A program made the position numbers and the translations under genes. A stretch of DNA of 64,000 nucleotides from Catajapyx aquilonaris. Its lineage: Eukaryota. Positions 1 to 12,558 of the stretch are shown piece by piece. The notes beneath the pieces are model-generated. The model was not told where the DNA came from. It saw nothing but the letters and a program-made list of their open reading frames with translations, and made no database searches. Numbering within the stretch: the first letter of the stretch is position 1; every line of letters starts with the position of its first letter. The stretch is taken from NCBI GenBank assembly GCA_000934665.2, contig KZ538348.1:1-64000 (forward strand), written 5' to 3'.

Positions 1-837
1 GCGGCCTTTAGCGTAAAACTAGGTGCATAGATTATACACTACAAGATGCGCAAGATGGTTGCCGTTTAGGTAGCGGGTCTACTTGAACAGGTCCTTTCTC
101 CCTTCTACATTTCAGACTTTTCTTGGGACAAGTGCATTATAAGTTGAATGGCCCACAAGCAAGAAACACCATGTATAGCCTACTGTATTCCAGTTGACAC
201 CTGCATTTCAAATAACGACTTACTTGCCTCTTTTATTTTAGCTTCTAGACTCGTATATAGTGGCGAAGGGGGCAGAAGTGCGCCAAAATGTAATAGGCAT
301 GTGGAACAGAGAAGAAAGAAATTTGTTTATGGAGTCACGCTTAGCATCAGTGTGGGAACGCCGACGTGATTTCGGAGGGTATCCTATCAACGTAGTAATT
401 TCAGTATGGCATTAGTATACTATAATAACGATTGTGTTAAATAGCAAGTAAGACTGATTTAACATGTGTTAAGTTTGTACTTGTATGAAGCTATGTATAT
501 AAATTGCTAACCAGTAGGTTTGAAAAAAAAAACAAACAGATCCTGCAAAGTGTATATGCAAAGTGTATATGCTCGTATAATTATCATGGAACAACACTGA
601 TAGTCTGCTTTGTCAAAAAAAGAAGTCCTCCACAACCTTCCAAATATGTAGACAAAAAATATGACATGTGTGGTAGGCCTATAGCCTTATACTGTACGAC
701 TTAAAACGAAAGTCTTCTTATGTTCACGATATAGTTTGCTGTTACCGTACTTGTAACATCCAGGCATATCAATTGCGCTTTATATGATTTACCTGAATTA
801 TGCTTGATAAATTGCATTTGTTTATTTCGCCTTGCAG

Positions 838-3800
838 AAAGATGATGCAAAAGCTAATGAAACTAACCTCGAAAGGTTATTTCTGAGCAAATTTGACTAC
901 GAAGTTCTGAATAACTTGGCGTCGATACTGAACTTCACGTACGTTTTTAAGGAGTATTATTCGTTGTATTCCATTTTGATGAATGGTATCCACAAATATG
1001 TACATTTAACTCTCGCCTTTTCATTGTCCAGGATTAATATCACAATTAGCAACGTAAGTTCAGAAGAAGACATCGCCCTGGAAGTAGTAAAAAGCAACAA
1101 ACTGGAAGATATTATCATACCTACATCATTATCATATTCATCCAAGAGATTGAGATACATGGATTTCACGTATCCCTTATATCATGACAAGTTAGTTTTT
1201 CTGATACTGGTTTCAAGGTGCCCTTTTAACCTTGAGCTATATGTTTCTTATGAAGTTATTTAGCACACTACATAATGGTTCACTCCTTCTATGAAGTATA
1301 GTATAAGCCAATATATTATGTCGTAATTAATAGGGGTGTTTATGTAGGCTCCTCTCATAAATGTTTCTTACAACAATGTGAGGGGTTTGAGGTGAGATCA
1401 AAAACCGCCAAGTCCACTTTTGGGGGTGTAACACAAATACGTGCAGCAATTACACATTTTAATGTCATTGGGTATTAATTGCACATTTGCGTATGTAGCT
1501 GAACTGCGACAACACATGGAGGTAAAAAATTTCACTGAGATTGTACACCAGTCAGTGAAATGTAAGTAATAATTAGTTTTTGCTCATTTTACGACCAGTT
1601 TATCCAAGTATAGACTTGGCCGTTTTTGATCTCAAACCCCTCTACTTATAATGAAACCTTCGACAAAGTATTTTTAAAAATCTACTGTAATTTACTGTAG
1701 ATAATAAAATCAATTTGCAATATACAATACAGTATATATTACACACCCCTCGTTACGCTAAAAAGTACCACTGCAACTTTGCATACAGCGCAACAATTAC
1801 TGTGGTAAATCTTCATAGAGAAGATACATTGCCGATAGACTAGCCTACACTTCTCTAAACTCAAACCACAGCACTGTTCAAACTATAAGGGGTGGTTCAC
1901 TGCCTATAGGACAACATCAGAAGTTCAATAAGAGAAGGAAGTATGGATAGGTCATCCCAACAACTACGTAGTTTGAAAATCAACAAAAAACACAATAAGT
2001 GAAATGTACTACCATCGGGTTCAAATAGTTTTGGCCACTTTATCCTGGCCTTGAAGGAACCCGTCACACACCCTCATCTACTTAACGCGGGGTCTAAGCG
2101 AAGGGTTGCTTCAAGACCAGGATAAAGTGGCCAAAACTATTTGAATCCGTTAGATACCTAATGGTTGTTTTCAATAGGTGCATCTCTTTAAAAGTCGAGG
2201 TAAGAATATTAAACTTTTTCCCTTGGACTGGAGACTAGGTATAAGTCCACCATGCTTTACACAGTGCACAGTGCACTATACGGCATATCACTTATCATGG
2301 GTATTTCTCTTTGCAGAGTACTTTTCTACGTAATATCTTCAGCAGAAAGTTCATGGGAGGACTTCATATATGCATTTGAGTGGGATACTTGGCTTGCGTC
2401 GACAACAATGGTTCCTCTACTGGCTTTATTTTTGCACGTGACTATAATGATATATAATTCTACTACGAAAAGTAATGAGAGGAGGGATCTATCAGAGGAG
2501 ACATGGGCATTCTTTTCCGCTTTATGCCAACAAGGTACCGGTATTGGATTCTTCCTTTGTGTAGAGAGATTTTTTGCTTTGTGTTCCTAGCAGCGAAAAA
2601 CTCTTGTCAAAGTGAATGACGCGTTTAATGATACAGTGTCCCTGAAGTTGTATCCAGAAAGATTAATTATTATCTAAGATGCTGTGTTATACAGAATTTA
2701 TTATACAGGGTGAAGACGTTTATAGTACCGTCTCGTCGCTTTGAGAAATGATAGAGGGGTTCTAGGCGATCATTTTAAGTAGTATAGGCATCATGGGTGT
2801 CCACAGCATACGAGTAGTTACCGACATAATGTTCTTCAAATGCAAGATATAAAATATCCTGGCAATTATGCATCCCTTCACGCAACTTTACCTTTTTCAT
2901 TTACAGTTGAGGTGTTACCATGTAATATAATTCAATTTGCTGTCCTATTAGATGTAACAGGGAATGGCTTAGGCGATGGACCTGTCGTAAGCAGTATCTG
3001 AAACATAATATATAAGCTGGTATAATGCACTATTATTTAATGCTAATTATCTCGGTAACTATATGGCGGAGACCCATGATGTCGCTACTTAAAATGATCG
3101 CCTAGAGCCCCTCTATAATTTTCCAAATCAACAGTACAATAAAATCCTTCACCCTGTATATAATCTAATGACTATTTTGCAGATTTAATACTCGTATTAC
3201 AAAATAATCAGAGCCTATTTATAGAAGTAGGCACTAGGCTGATTTTGCAAAAGGTGGAGCACTGGAGTTTATGAAATGCACAGGACATGGTTGGAAGATG
3301 GCTATAAACATGCAAATTAAAAATTGAATAAATAAAGCTAGTCTATACACCATTTTGTCCATTTAATCACGCTAGACCGAAAAATCCTTGAATGACTCTA
3401 TATGGATAAATCAGCATGCTCCTTGAATTACAAGGGAGTAATCACTCGACTGAAAAGTGTACACTGGAGTACCAAATTCAAGCAGTACCACGGAGTAATA
3501 AAGAGTGAGGTGCCTGAGGAGTACCAGGGAGTACCACTCCCAGGTGTACACCGGAGTACCGAAGTGATTACCCCCTTGTTGAATTATGTCTCATAAATAA
3601 TGATGAATTATTCTACAGGTAATGAATTGAAACCAACGAGAAACTCTTTACAAATTATATTCTGGTCTGGATATTTTGCGTTCATGATAATCTACACATA
3701 TTACGGGTCTGTGCTAGTATCTCTCCTGACAGTGCAGAGTAACAGAGCACCAATAGACAGTATTGATACTGTACTCAACTCAGAATATTGGACTATGAAG

Positions 3801-4768
3801 ATGTATGCATGGATTGAAGGGGTGCTCTTAAGCGTAAGGAAAAGTTTGACATCCTTATGAAATGCTGTGGTATTAACAATGAGAAGTGTCCAATAATAAC
3901 AATAACATTTCAGGATGTGAAACCAGGCTCACTCTTTGAGGATGTAAAGCAAAAGGCTGACAAACAGGACTCTGCCATTCCACTAAACTACAGCTTGGAT
4001 TTTCTCTATAACAATCGCCACTTCTTACTTGGAAGTGAAAGGGATGTACTGGAAAACTTTATTACTGATGCCAAAATGGCCTGTCGAGTGACAACACTAG
4101 GAGAAGTGTTTCATACCGATAGCGTGGGATTTGCCCTACAGAAACATTCACCGTATACCAAAATAATAAATTACTTGTAAGTACGCTATCCTATAAGTAT
4201 TACACAGTAATGTGTATCACTAGATTGTTTTGCACTTAAATAGTGTTGATAATAATCATGCATTAATCCCAAAAAAAGGCAACACAAGGATGTTTTAACT
4301 CCATCTGCGAAAGGATAAAACGTGCTAAGCAATAAAATGTTTTCTTGTTTCAGTGTGCTTCGCATGCAAGTAATGGGTCCTATGTCGGGATTACGAAGGC
4401 GGCATATGGAGATGTCAGATTTTTCATGTGAAGCTGAGCCGTACCAGGCCATGGACATTAGAACATCTCTTCCCCTTGTTTTTGTATTATGCCTGGGCGT
4501 GGGGATAGCCATCATAATTTTTTTTATCGAATGGAAGAAAGGGCGAAAAAAGCCAACTGTCCCTCATTTCATAGCTACTGTATCGTCAGTCTCTCTGATG
4601 CACAAGCTATTTACCAAAGGATGGCCAGCAAAGGCAAATATTCAACAGAAACCAATAGGTTCACCCACTTCCAGCAATTTCCGACCCCAGAAATCCATCC
4701 TCCATGAGAGTTGGATGGGTCGTTTGACACAGACATTTGGCACTCAGATGAGAAATGTTAAAGATTAA
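838..4768 (+). CDS. Divergent ionotropic receptor (variant iGluR chemoreceptor), paralog A; 3' six exons only, 5' exons upstream of the window
   Basis: GT-AG exons 838-938, 1032-1190, 2317-2534, 3619-3833, 3914-4176, 4354-4768 splice in frame. Motifs: S1 SKRLRYMDFTYP, M1 FEWDTWL, pore FFSALCQQG, M3 YYGSVLVSLLTVQ, S2 GFALQKHSPYTKIINY, M4 LPLVFVLCLGVGIAIIIFFIE. Confidence 0.9.
1380..1642. mobile_element. MITE with GAGGGG..GAGATCAAAAA terminal inverted repeats (family 1, copy 1)
   Basis: Left gaggggtttgaggtgagatcaaaaacc, right cgtttttgatctcaaacccctc; a related copy lies in opposite orientation at 8187-8432. Confidence 0.7.
2016..2149. repeat. Fold-back hairpin element
   Basis: cgggttcaaatagttttggccactttatcctggccttgaag pairs near-perfectly with cttcaagaccaggataaagtggccaaaactatttgaatccg. 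Confidence 0.8.
2706..3156. mobile_element. Tc1/mariner-type MITE (TA|CAGGGTG...CACCCTG|TA)
   Basis: TA TSD, CAGGGTGAAG TIRs and extended subterminal inverted arms (atagaggggttctaggcgatcattttaagtag / ctacttaaaatgatcgcctagagcccctctat). Confidence 0.8.
3430..3579. mobile_element. Short TIR element with internal GGAGTACC repeats
   Basis: acaagggagtaatcactcg / cgaagtgattacccccttgt inverted ends; diverged relative at 61116-61240. Confidence 0.6.
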
Positions 4769-6595
4769 TAGTTGAGTGCATTCTTAATATTAAAGTTTAA
4801 ATTACTTTAATGATGTGTAAGGTAGGTTCTATATCGGAAGTGCAGCACGGATTCTATATTTGATTTTTTTGACAGTCGTGCGCGTATGCTCCTGCTGCTA
4901 TCAATATTGATATTTTGATTATTTGGCACTATAGCGTAGCGGAGGACTTCAATTCAGCTACCCGACTGCGAAGTCATTTTGTGAGAACCATCTATAGAGA
5001 AAAATTTAACAAAGATGTTTTAAGTGCTTTTAAGGATCGAGCTCATTCAACTCACTTAGACGTACGGTACTGTACAAAGCACGTTAACGTGGTAATTTCA
5101 ATAAGGTACAGTACCTGGCACAAAGAAGGCCACTCTAAGGAACGTGATTTTTGTATGCCTACCTATTAGCTAAATACTGGATTACTTTATGGATGGAAAT
5201 ATTAAACCTTCCTCTATACAAAAGTTTAAAAATATAATTTCAACAGTGGAACTGCAGGTGCGCCATAGGTGGAATATCATTGTTGTTATACTGTACCTTT
5301 TCTGAAATAAACATACATTCGGATGAAAGCATGTGTGCATTTTCCCTCAACACATAATGACAATTACTTTGTAAGGCAGCAGAATTCTTGTGCATTACGA
5401 CTGGTATATGGGAAGAAAATTGATAATGTGTTTTATTGTATTTCATAACATACTGTCGTTTCCACCAAACGGCTATACTTCAACCAAAATCATATATTAC
5501 AGTGGTGTACATTACTGAGACAGTTTCAGACACAAACGCGACCAAACATTCACTTGTAACATTATTTTAAAAAGATTCACTTGTGTAAATTGACAAGTGC
5601 CAAACTTCAGGAAATAAGTTACATTTAGCTTTAAAAAATAATCTCTCGTACAATATATCACTCTCAATGACAAAAGATTAAAATAAATATCTTGTTTTGG
5701 ACCATTTCAGATTCCCAGAAACTTGTAAGTCACAATAGGAGGTCTGACTAGTTGTTCTACTAAAAATACCCTCAACTGTAATGTTCGATAAAGTCAAGTG
5801 CTACTGGTCCGGCTATTTCGTATCAGTCTAATGAAGCAGGACCAGAGACAATCGATCTTAACGCCCATTTAAGTTGCCCTTTTTTAGTAGGACGGCAGAA
5901 GTTGGAAGCACAAAAAGGAAAACCGTGTAACTATAGATCTAATACAGTAGTGTATATACACCACTGTATTAGGTCTAGTTACCGGTTGTATATACACAAC
6001 CGGCCTTTTACATATAAGGCAGACACACCCATCTATAGGCATATAATATAGAAAAAGAAAAGCAATAAAATTTCAGACATTTGCCATGGGAAGAAAGGCG
6101 GGAGCATTCTTGAATGATATATGTTACCTTTACCATCCCATAAAAATACTGTATCCCTTTCAACATTACCGATAAACAAAAACAGCAGCACTTTAAGATT
6201 ATTCGAAGACTTCTCAAATATCTCTAAATATTACTAAAATGAACAGCAATAAAACACGAAAGAGAACTTCACCAATTTCACAAAGATTCTAGAACGTACA
6301 GTACACATGCAACGTGAAGTGATTCAATACTGCCAAGCATATTGTAAGAACTGAAGTTACATATTATAACGGACCTTATATTTATCGGCAAACCCCCTAA
6401 AGTATAAAAATAATGCACTGCAAGACGGAAATGATAGGCATTCCCACCAACCGCATTAGCATGGGATTTTTATAATATTGTAAAACATGATCCTTATATC
6501 GTTATTATGTTGCAGATTTCTCCTCGTGAAAGTGAAAAAGTCTAATCTTGTTAAACAAATTTCTGGAGAGTTTGTGGATGTTTGACTAGTGAATT

Positions 6596-9500
6596 CTAAT
6601 TATATTGGCCTTCTTTCTTGTCTTCCGAACGGTCGTCATCTATAACATTAGTGGCCACATGCTTATGATCAATATTCCACACCTGTTCTTTGGACGTTCC
6701 AAATACCAAATAAAATGAGTTTGTCACAAAATAAAGACCAGCTGCCACAAAGAATACAATTCTCCACTGTCCCAGAGTTTGCTGAAGTATAGAGATAGGT
6801 AATTGGTTAGGTGTATGTCATGTTAAGCGACATGATCCTACTTACTTCTCCTGTGGTGAGATATCCTACTAGAATTGGGGCCAAAATGCTGGTGAAATTT
6901 GCGGCACCATTGGTAATTCCCATAGTAATCCCGGCGTAATTGGGAGCAATATCCAAATGGGTGCTCTGGTTTCCTGACCGACAGAAGCCGTTGAACCCGA
7001 CGGCCAAGGTGAGAAGAGCAACAGTCGACACCTTATCGCATCCAGTGTAGGAAGCACTCACTAGAGCCACAGCCGGTAACCAGTGAGCTTGCAAAAATAG
7101 AAACATCGGAATCAGTGGCAGGACATGATTCATACCGAATAATCGACAAGAATGTTCAGCGAGAAAACAATCTAACCATGATGTTAAACGTGTTTTAAAA
7201 TTCATACTAGGGTCATTCTGTACGTTGTTTAAACATGACTCAAGTACTTACAGAAGGTGTTCATGAGTTTTCTAGTGTTGGTGGTCGAAAGGTAACCTTT
7301 CCTCAAAATCCAGTCGGCCATGTACCCTGAGATGGGAGCCAATAAGGCCATAGCAAGATGGGGTAAAGCTGACAAGATAGAATTCTGCAAGAGAGGGATG
7401 TGTTACTAGGAAATTAACAGTGTTCAATGTTCATTTTCTAGTTATACCTCCTTGATGTCAAAATGCAGTATATTTTTCATATAAATTGGCAATTCAGTGA
7501 GAAGCGTATTGAACCCCCAGTTCTGGCCAATATGAGCCACCATAATTGCCCATACAGGAAGTGATGTCCAAATACTCTTCCATGGGATGGGCATTGCCTG
7601 TAAAGTAACACATGTATAGAGATCAGCATTTTCATTTTTGCTCTGTACTCATGTTTTCTGGAGGAGAAGTCACAGATTCGGAAACAGTACGGTTGCCAAT
7701 TAAGTACGGTATCCCACCAGAGAGGATATACAGTAGAACCCTGATTAACCGTCACCCACGGGACCGGGGCATTGTCGGATAACAGAAAAGGTCGAATAAT
7801 CCGAGGAGCGAAGGAAACAACAAAAAGCATAAAAATCATGAAATCATGTACAATATTACGCTTTTCTAAGAAATAGTGTTAAGTATTTATCTTTTACGTA
7901 CACACTCTGCTGTTTAAAATTTGACTAAGGCAATACAAAACAAATGATTAGTAAGCCTGCATTACAGTATTGGATGAGAAAACATGCATTTATTGCTGGA
8001 GCGGGACGGTCGGATAAACGGGGTTCTACTGTAATTATCACTCTCTGCAACCACTAGTGCACAAACACGCATTTTACTGAAAATATAATGAATGAAAATA
8101 AATGCTGTTGCAAAAATTTGAGGTCATCATACCGTCGAAGGAAGAATTACCAACATTTCATTTGGAATAATTAGGCTATTATTATTGAGGGGGTGAGAGA
8201 TTAAAAACGGCTAAGTAACACAAAAACTGGTCGTAAAATGAGCAAAAACTGATGATTACTTAACTTTCACTGGTACAATCTTGCAACATTTTGCATCCAT
8301 ATGTTGGTTCGGCTCAGCTATACAGACTCAAAAGTGCAATTGATACCCAATGACATTAAAATACATTATTGTTGGACGTATGTGTGTTACACCCTCCGAA
8401 AATGGACAGCCTTTTTTGATCTCACACCCCTTATATTGCGAAATCACAATAATTTTTCTGAACTCGCTTGATTAAAAAATAGGCCAGGACACAGAATCAC
8501 ATGTCACTATGGAATCAATATATTTTTAGGAATATAACACTGACATTTAAGAATGCAGTTCTTGACAATTAAAATTAGTTAATTTTTATTGGATATTATC
8601 ATCTGCAAATCCCATTAAAATCACTAAATCCACAAGTGTCTTTTTGGTAAACAAATATACCAGGTATTACATTATGAAAATATTTTGCAATTCCGTCACT
8701 GATAGACTAAGTGATCAATTCATAGTAAAGAGGAGGTACCGTACGTATACTCATGCTATTTGATTTTGAATATTTGACCCAAAATATTTGACCACATTAT
8801 CAAAGCCCAGTAGAATATTATTGCGGATCAGCCCGCCTAAAAGTAAGGATGGAATAAATTATTGTCAGTCAGGCCATACCGATTGATTTAAAGACACAGA
8901 GGTTTCACCGCCACTTATGTAATTCTTTTCCATCTCCGATATGGCTGGATGATCAGCAGGGCTCTCATGTACCACTGCCATCCAAACGCAAAACCATATT
9001 ATTCCGACGACTCCAAACACGTAAAAAATGGCCGGCCAACCTCCTAAGAATGTCGTATCTGCCAGCCAGCCACTCAGGGGCATGGCAATAACAGTGCCAA
9101 CCTGGCCACCTGCGAAAGTACACTATTAGTATCATTCAAGTACTGTATATGTGAAAACAATACACTACCTGATTTGATCATTTGTGCTTACCTGAATATA
9201 CGATACTGACAAAGCGACTTCGTTCCACTGGGGACGACCATTTGGAGAGAAAACAATGAACTGCAGGAAACAACATGCCCTGGAAATAAAATAACGTTAC
9301 CGGTATTCTTTTTATAATGATTTCATGACAGTAATGGTGTTGTCACCTCCTGTCAACTTAACATTACTGTATAGGACTGTGCAAAGTTAGGCCCTTCCCA
9401 GCAGTTATGACGCTGCAGACTCTTAGCTTGCTGGCTACTGTCTAATAATGATTTGACATCAATTGTCATTTTAAAACACTATACATCTGACAGAAAATAC

Positions 9501-10717
9501 TTCACGAGTCATACAGATTGCCTGTTTGACTGGACACAGTTTCACCATGGACAAACCTGGCCCAATCCTTGGCAGACTCGGGTTGCTATGAAGAATCCTG
9601 GTCCTGCCCAAGCGGCTAGTGGTGAAAGGAGGGTAAAAAAGGATGTGAGCAGTACGCTGTATCCAAGCAGTGGTTTTCCTCCATATTTTTTGGCCAAAAC
9701 TCCACCAGGAATCTGAGTGACGGAATAGCCCCAAAAAAACGCCGATAGCATGACTCCTTCCAATTCGCTGTCCCAGTTGAATTTTCCCTACATACAGAAT
9801 ACAGAAAATTACTTTTGGTTAAATCGAACGGGATACTATTCAGAAGCCTATACGTGCGAAACTTGTTCCATTAATGTAGGGCTTTCGTATCATTTAAATG
9901 CTTTCAGCAAGCCCCCGATTTACGTACAGGTGAATAGTTCAGCAACATTATACGTAAGTCGAATTTATCGTAACTATGTAGTAACATTTATATGCTTATA
10001 CAGTATACTATACTGTATTAGAATTTACAGAATATTTTGTTCCGTAGATTTTTTGCTCGCATCTGAAATTTTTTACGCAAATCCGAACCTACGTATGTCA
10101 CAGCTGCATAAGTAGGGGAGGTCGGGGACTGGCTGTATTACCACGCTCGTGAGAATAGGTCGTAGCAAGCCAATTCTCGAAGTCCATTTGTCCGATGACT
10201 TCTCGTTCACACTAAAAAGTCTCGAATTCGACTCTCATTATCGCGAGCTTTGGAACATTCCTTTAGTCTTATGGTACTGTACAATACATATAGCATGCAG
10301 AAAACCGAAGCAGTGGTAGCGGAGGGGATTTGGTATCCGACTGCTAATCGGGAGGTCCTGGGTTCGAACCCCGGAGGCCGGCGATCCTGACCTTGGTTTT
10401 CTGTGGTTTTCCAGGGTCGCTCCAGGAATAATTTCCGGGATCGTACCATAATATAGGCCACAGCCGCTTCCCTCCTTTCCCTGTCCTGGAGGAGATGCGG
10501 GTCAGTCGGGGGTTTCTGACCCGCATCTAGGGGGTCATCTATGGCGAACGGACCCCTTGAGGGACTGCACACGACCCCCAACTTGAGACATTGCACATGC
10601 ACCAGTGTCCCTCCCTCCTATCCCTACCCTGTCCCTGCACCAGCTACTGTACAATAATAAAAATAAAAATAAAGGTATGTGTGATATACCCCCAGTTGGG
10701 GGTGAAAGCACTACCCA

Positions 10718-10753
<36 letters not shown>

Positions 10754-12558
10754 GCATGCAGAAACATCTTGCGTATTAAATTTTTTCCCCATTTTCCTTT
10801 CTTTCGCTTGCTAAAATCCCAACATTATGGAGTAACATGTAGTCGAAATCATAAATACCATAGTTGTCTGAAGAGGTGTCGTGAGATTTGTATTCGTTCG
10901 AGGACAAATTTCGCCTTGAACTTCAGGAGATGCTGGACCAGATTGGACAGTGGAATTAACCATGGCAACCAGTGCAATGGACAGATTGACGCGCATTGTG
11001 TATGCCACTGCGGAGCCCATAAAGCATAACGCTACGATTTGATGGCGTAATCCAAAAAATCCTGGAAAATACATAAAAACCTAAAACACAGAAATATAGT
11101 TTGAAGCAAAAAAAACAACAAACAAACATGATGTTGGGAACCACAAAGTCATCGTTATTCACTTATTCTATTTGTGGAGCAGGCCTGTTTACCAATTGAT
11201 CTATTTTCAAAAGTTACACAATGCAATATTTATGTCGCTGTATAGAGCGAATAACAGCTATAATGAACTGTAATTACTTCAGGCATTCCTATTTAATTGT
11301 GTAGTGTGGCAGTGCACAACTCTGGTGTATAATGAAAATGGATAAATTAACTTAGTTGTAATGCAGGTCATTGAAGTTGGGATTATAGAGTGTCAATTTT
11401 AGTGAAGAAAAATTGGCACTAAGCTGAATTTTCGCATAATTATACTGTTGTATAGTTACGTTTAGGGCCGGTTTCACCGAGCTCAGTATATGATAAAACC
11501 AGGGTATTTCTCAAAATCCCTATCTATTTGTATGGATTTTCCTAAAGAAACCTGGTTTTATCATATACCAAGCTCGGTGAAACCGGCCCTTAGTGGTTAT
11601 CAAAGTTTTATTTTGTGATGTTGCGTAGGTCCATCTATTTTAACCCCTGAAAAAATAGGTCATGTCACTGACGTTCGATACCATTTGTTCCAATGGGCCA
11701 TTCCAAATAATTGGGAATTCATTTGAATTAATAGCCGGCCGGGATAATAGATTCAATTCATCCTACTTTTATCATATAACACTTTGGATAACCCTGAAAT
11801 AACTGTTAAATAATAAGCAGCTTAGGAGCAAAAAAATTGCAACACGAACATTTAAACTGGAACCTTAGGAATATTTTGATCAACACATTTCATGAGCCTT
11901 TGAAATTTTTATAGCCATATTTTGACATAATCTTAGTTGTTTGAATTAAGGGTAATATTATGGCTGTCGATGACAGAATAATATTTTAATATTTAATTAT
12001 GCGTGATTGGTCGGGTTTTGAGTTTAATTCCCGAATGTTGCGCGTCATAAAATGAGCCAACACTCACCATATACCATTAATACTAATAATTACTGTGCGA
12101 TACATGCGACATATTCTCGACAATATCGTACAAATGTAGAGATAACGGGACTTGGTATATTTTCGGGACGAACACTTTCTATACGTGTACCATGTAAAAT
12201 TACATTCCACCACAAGTGTATTTTTTAAAATTTATCTTGCGTCTGACCGTTTGTCCTACAAATATCCAAGGTGCAATGATAAATTGTGCAACGCACATAT
12301 AGATTTTTCTTGTACGAATACATAATGTCGACAACCCTCTTTTCACACACACAAAAAACATGTTACTATAGTAAGCAAGTAAAAATGGCTAATAATATTT
12401 ATGTAAGGTATTAATTATGTACTAACATTCTCACCTGGACTAGTTCGGCGAGGTAGCAACGGTGTACCTTCGTAACATTGGCTTTTTAGATCCGACTTGT
12501 ATGAGTCATCCACATCTATCGACGGGGCTAAGATACCATTCCGATTGTTCTTAGCCAT
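6596..12558 (-). CDS. SLC17/sialin-like MFS anion transporter (putative inorganic phosphate cotransporter), 9 coding exons, ~528 aa
   Basis: Exons 12558-12435, 11061-10859, 9787-9557, 9279-9192, 9109-8880, 7597-7448, 7384-7252, 7087-6846, 6781-6596 are all GT-AG and total 1587 nt. SLC17 motifs: [19 protein letters not shown]...[63 protein letters not shown]. Confidence 0.93.
7731..8031. mobile_element. Tc1/pogo-type MITE (TA|CAGTAGAACCC...GGGTTCTACTG|TA)
   Basis: TA TSD and 11-bp perfect TIR, inside an SLC17 intron. Confidence 0.8.
8187..8432. mobile_element. MITE family 1, copy 2 (inverted relative to 1380-1642)
   Basis: Same TIRs; internal gtgttacaccctccgaaaatggac is the reverse-complement homolog of gtccacttttgggggtgtaacac in copy 1. 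Confidence 0.7.
10304..10749 (+). mobile_element. tRNA-derived SINE (head type 1, tail type 1, (TTA)n end)
   Basis: B-box ggttcgaaccc at ~10341, tRNA-like ctgctaat loop; 15-bp TSD tatagcatgcagaaa at 10289-10303 and 10750-10764. Confidence 0.85.
11465..11589. mobile_element. PIF/Harbinger (Tourist-like) MITE
   Basis: TTA TSD; TIR gggccggtttcaccgagct / agctcggtgaaaccggccc. Confidence 0.8.

Noticed and set aside
3430..3579. CRISPR-like repeat/spacer pattern
   Set aside because: Repeats are only 6-8 nt and irregularly spaced, in a eukaryotic intron with no cas genes.
10304..10380. Possible tRNA genes (also at 21471, 24453, 60129, 63120)
   Set aside because: Acceptor and D stems are imperfect, and the sequences continue into shared SINE bodies, mostly flanked by TSDs.
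10520..10550. HDV-ribozyme-like ggcgaacggacc in the SINE body
   Set aside because: I could not build the P1/P3/P1.1 nested double pseudoknot.
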